Source of the DNA: a virus
Lineage: Duplodnaviria > Caudoviricetes
DNA: 46,695 nucleotides
IMG/VR virus record: IMGVR_UViG_3300037846_000042
Span: 1 to 46,695 of that record
Strand: one strand, 5' to 3'
The position numbers and the translations under genes are program-made. Shown one piece after another: positions 44,461-46,695 of this stretch (position 1 is its first letter; each line of letters begins with the position of its first letter). The notes under the pieces are model-generated. The model searched no databases and had not been told where the DNA came from. It was given only the letters and a program-made list of their open reading frames with translations.

Positions 44461-46695
44461 ATCTTCCCTTCCCTCACCATTTGCAGCAGCAGGCCTTGCA
44501 GGCTCTCGTTCGTTTCCAGGCGGCGGAATATTTCGCGCTCCAACTTGTTGCTTACGATTTGGACCACGGTAACGGGGTGTTTTTGACCCGGCCGATGCGC
44601 TCGCTTGTTGGCCTGGAGATAGAGTTCGGTCTTGTCCGTGCTTCCGAACCAGACGACTGTTTGAGCCATCCAGAGATTGAGGCCATGAGCCATTGTGCCT
44701 GGGTCGGCGATGAGCAATCGCAGATCACTTTGAGCGGATTGGAATCGCTCAAATATATCTGAACGCTCTCGCTGGGGGACTTCGCCATTGACAACCTCGC
44801 ACTTGTGCTTTGTGCTGATTACGGACTTTATGCGGTTAACGACGGAAGTCAAGGGGGCAAAAACTAAAAGTTTGCCGGGAGCCTCGTCAATGATCCGGTC
44901 CAGCTCGGCATAGCGCGGCGCCGCGTCAATCAAATGCGCCTTGTGGTCGCTGTCATATATCGCGCCGAGACTGATCTGGATAAATTTCTGCCTCGCCGCC
45001 GCCTCGTTGGCCGCCGTGATGGGATGCCCCGACTTGACCACGATCTGCAAGTCACGCTTGAGCTGCGCCATAGCGCGCTTTTGCTCGTCTGTGAGCGCAA
45101 CCTCGCGCTGCTGCGTGGTCATGGGCGGCCCGTCCCACACGTCGCGAATGTCGAACCGGATGGCGGGAGTCAATAGCTTGCGCGCCTCCTCGTTAGCGCC
45201 GGCGCGCGGTATCCATTTGAACTGGCTCAACCGCATCATGGTCCGGTTGTGGAAGCTGGAGTAGGATTCTCCTTTTCCATTGTTGACAAGCTTGGCCAGT
45301 CCATATGCATCCGTAGGTCCATTGGGGGTCGGGGTGCCTGTAAGCAGCCAAAGGTAGTCTCGTTGTCCAAGAACCAGTCTTGCGATCCGATGGCGCTTAG
45401 TCGTGCTATCTCGATAAGCGCTTGCTTCGTCAATGAGGGCAAGTCGTATGTCTGCTCGATTTGCAATTTCCTGCGACAAGCCGTCGAGCTTGAACTGCTT
45501 TCTGGTCTTGGCTCCAACTCCCACACCATCGAAATTGATAATGTAGAAGTCGCAATTAGTTCCGAACTCTTCTGCGCGCTGGCCAGCGCTTCCGTGCGCA
45601 ATTGCAAAAGTGCGTCGACCAAGAAAGTTCGCAAAGATTGCGTCGCCCCATACACGTTGGAGGATGCTGAGTGGTGCGACGATGAGAGCACGGCACTCTC
45701 CCTTCGGATATTGCGACATGACAAAATCGGCGGCCCACAGGGTCGCAAGCGTTTTCATCGTATTGTGATTGCACAGTCCATGCGCCACATAGTTCTCGTG
45801 CGTCGGAACGTGCATGTCGTAGTAGACATCCGTTCTTTCATATGCGATATGGGTCACAGTGTCAAATGGAGAACGTAATGCCCGCTCATAAGGAATACAA
45901 AGTCGCAATTCCTGATCTTCGCCAGTTGCTCGAAGCCGGTTGGGGAACAGGCGATATCGCGCGGAAATATGAAATGAGCTACAAGTCAGTTTGGTGGCGT
46001 ATTCGGAAAGAAAAGCTCCCGTTCCACCCCGATCGATCCGGCCGCCATAACGGGTCCTGGAAAGGCGGGCGTCAGCAGACAGGACGCTATGTGTACATTC
46101 ACTGCCCGGAACATCCTTTTGCCACTCAAAAGGGTTGTGTCTTGGAGCACCGCTTGGTGATGGAACTGAAGTTGGGACGATATCTGCTTCCGTCAGAGGT
46201 TGTTCATCACAGACGGGGATATAAGAATTCTGAAAAAAATCTTCAGTTATTCGCAACGAATGGCGCGCATTTGGCAGCAACTCTGAAAGGCAAGGTGCCC
46301 AAATGGACTGTTCAGGGTAAACGTCGAATACGGGAAGGGATTCGCCGGTCTGTAGCTGCTCGCAAGAAGTCCAACCGCGAGAAGTCAAAAAGACATGCCT
46401 AGCTGTAACGACGATCTGCCGTCCAGACTGAAACGAAACGCGATAAAGTTTGTCAAAGCCCTTCCTGAACGGCGGGTCTATTTCGACAAAGCGCGGACCT
46501 TCGTTCGTCAATGTCCGAACTTTGAATCGCCTGCCGTAAGAAAGTCTCTCAATTGATTGCGGGCCTTCTAAGGTATCGATCAGCGTCTCACCGCCAACAC
46601 AGCCCATGTCGCTGAGATTAAAGCATCTAGGGTGCGTCACCATGAAATTAGCCATGAGCTTCTGGTGCGCGAGCGGCTTGTAGCCCTTCTGGATC
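44457..46695 (-). CDS. SNF2-family helicase, intein-containing (N-terminus at 170..1)
   Basis: Q-motif PLAHQ; Walker A DMG|TMKT split by the intein; LIVAPLS, IDEAS, LTGTP, HGLNL, QANKRAHRPGQ. Confidence 0.92.
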   Translation of the reverse strand, partial: IQKGYKPLAHQKLMANFMVTHPRCFNLSDMGCVGGETLIDTLEGPQSIERLSYGRRFKVRTLTNEGPRFVEIDPPFRKGFDKLYRVSFQSGRQIVVTARHVFLTSRGWTSCEQLQTGESLPVFDVYPEQSIWAPCLSELLPNARHSLRITEDFFQNSYIPVCDEQPLTEADIVPTSVPSPSGAPRHNPFEWQKDVPGSECTHSVLSADARLSRTRYGGRIDRGGTGAFLSEYATKLTCSSFHISARYRLFPNRLRATGEDQELRLCIPYERALRSPFDTVTHIAYERTDVYYDMHVPTHENYVAHGLCNHNTMKTLATLWAADFVMSQYPKGECRALIVAPLSILQRVWGDAIFANFLGRRTFAIAHGSAGQRAEEFGTNCDFYIINFDGVGVGAKTRKQFKLDGLSQEIANRADIRLALIDEASAYRDSTTKRHRIARLVLGQRDYLWLLTGTPTPNGPTDAYGLAKLVNNGKGESYSSFHNRTMMRLSQFKWIPRAGANEEARKLLTPAIRFDIRDVWDGPPMTTQQREVALTDEQKRAMAQLKRDLQIVVKSGHPITAANEAAARQKFIQISLGAIYDSDHKAHLIDAAPRYAELDRIIDEAPGKLLVFAPLTSVVNRIKSVISTKHKCEVVNGEVPQRERSDIFERFQSAQSDLRLLIADPGTMAHGLNLWMAQTVVWFGSTDKTELYLQANKRAHRPGQKHPVTVVQIVSNKLEREIFRRLETNESLQGLLLQMVREGKI
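45762..46601 (-). mobile_element. Intein (280 aa) in helicase Walker A
   Basis: Block A CVGGETLIDT, block B IVVTARHVFLT..GW, block F DVYYDMHVPTHENYVAHG, block G NHN followed by Thr +1. Confidence 0.93.
45878..46402 (+). CDS. HNH endonuclease encoded antisense within the intein
   Basis: GGAGA RBS; 174 aa with HTH-like N-terminus, NGSWKGG, YVYIH.PEHP, VLEHRLVME..LGRYL...EVVHH...KN...NL. Confidence 0.85.
   Translation: MPAHKEYKVAIPDLRQLLEAGWGTGDIARKYEMSYKSVWWRIRKEKLPFHPDRSGRHNGSWKGGRQQTGRYVYIHCPEHPFATQKGCVLEHRLVMELKLGRYLLPSEVVHHRRGYKNSEKNLQLFATNGAHLAATLKGKVPKWTVQGKRRIREGIRRSVAARKKSNREKSKRHA

Larger units (their letters stand above)
1..46695. mobile_element. Complete or near-complete dsDNA tailed phage genome (podovirus-like), circularly permuted within the helicase gene
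   Basis: TerL, portal, MCP, nozzle, ejection proteins, lysis and replication genes in two divergent arms; no host housekeeping genes; helicase ORF continues in frame across the ends; no tape measure or sheath gene recognised. Confidence 0.93.

Overview
This window is an apparently complete, circularly permuted ~46.7 kb tailed-phage genome with podovirus-type structural genes. The SNF2 helicase ORF runs off position 46695 and continues in frame at 170..1. The minus-strand arm (39035-46695 plus 1-9021) holds early and replication genes: primase/DUF927 helicase, SSB-like protein, intein-containing SNF2 helicase, VRR-NUC, PD-(D/E)XK exonuclease, family A DNA polymerase, two free-standing HNH endonucleases and small HTH proteins. 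An AT-rich divergent control region lies at 9022-9832. The plus-strand late arm (9833-39045) holds KTSC, TerL, portal, a GH25 endolysin/holin cassette with an Omp25/RopB-like outer-membrane protein, scaffold, N4-gp56-type major capsid, adaptor, nozzle, tail fibres, GNAT, ejection proteins and a PurD-like ATP-grasp enzyme. The OMP type suggests a Rhizobiales host (inference). I saw no integrase, tRNA or CRISPR array. Three observations stand out: (1) a 280-aa helicase intein whose HNH endonuclease is a separate gene on the opposite strand, nested inside it; (2) six tail-fibre/appendage-region genes that all have Sec-type signal peptides and even cysteine counts, suggesting periplasmic folding; (3) a triple hairpin with covarying stems and identical CGUAA loops in the scaffold/capsid leader. 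All product calls come from manual motif reading; no database searches were run.
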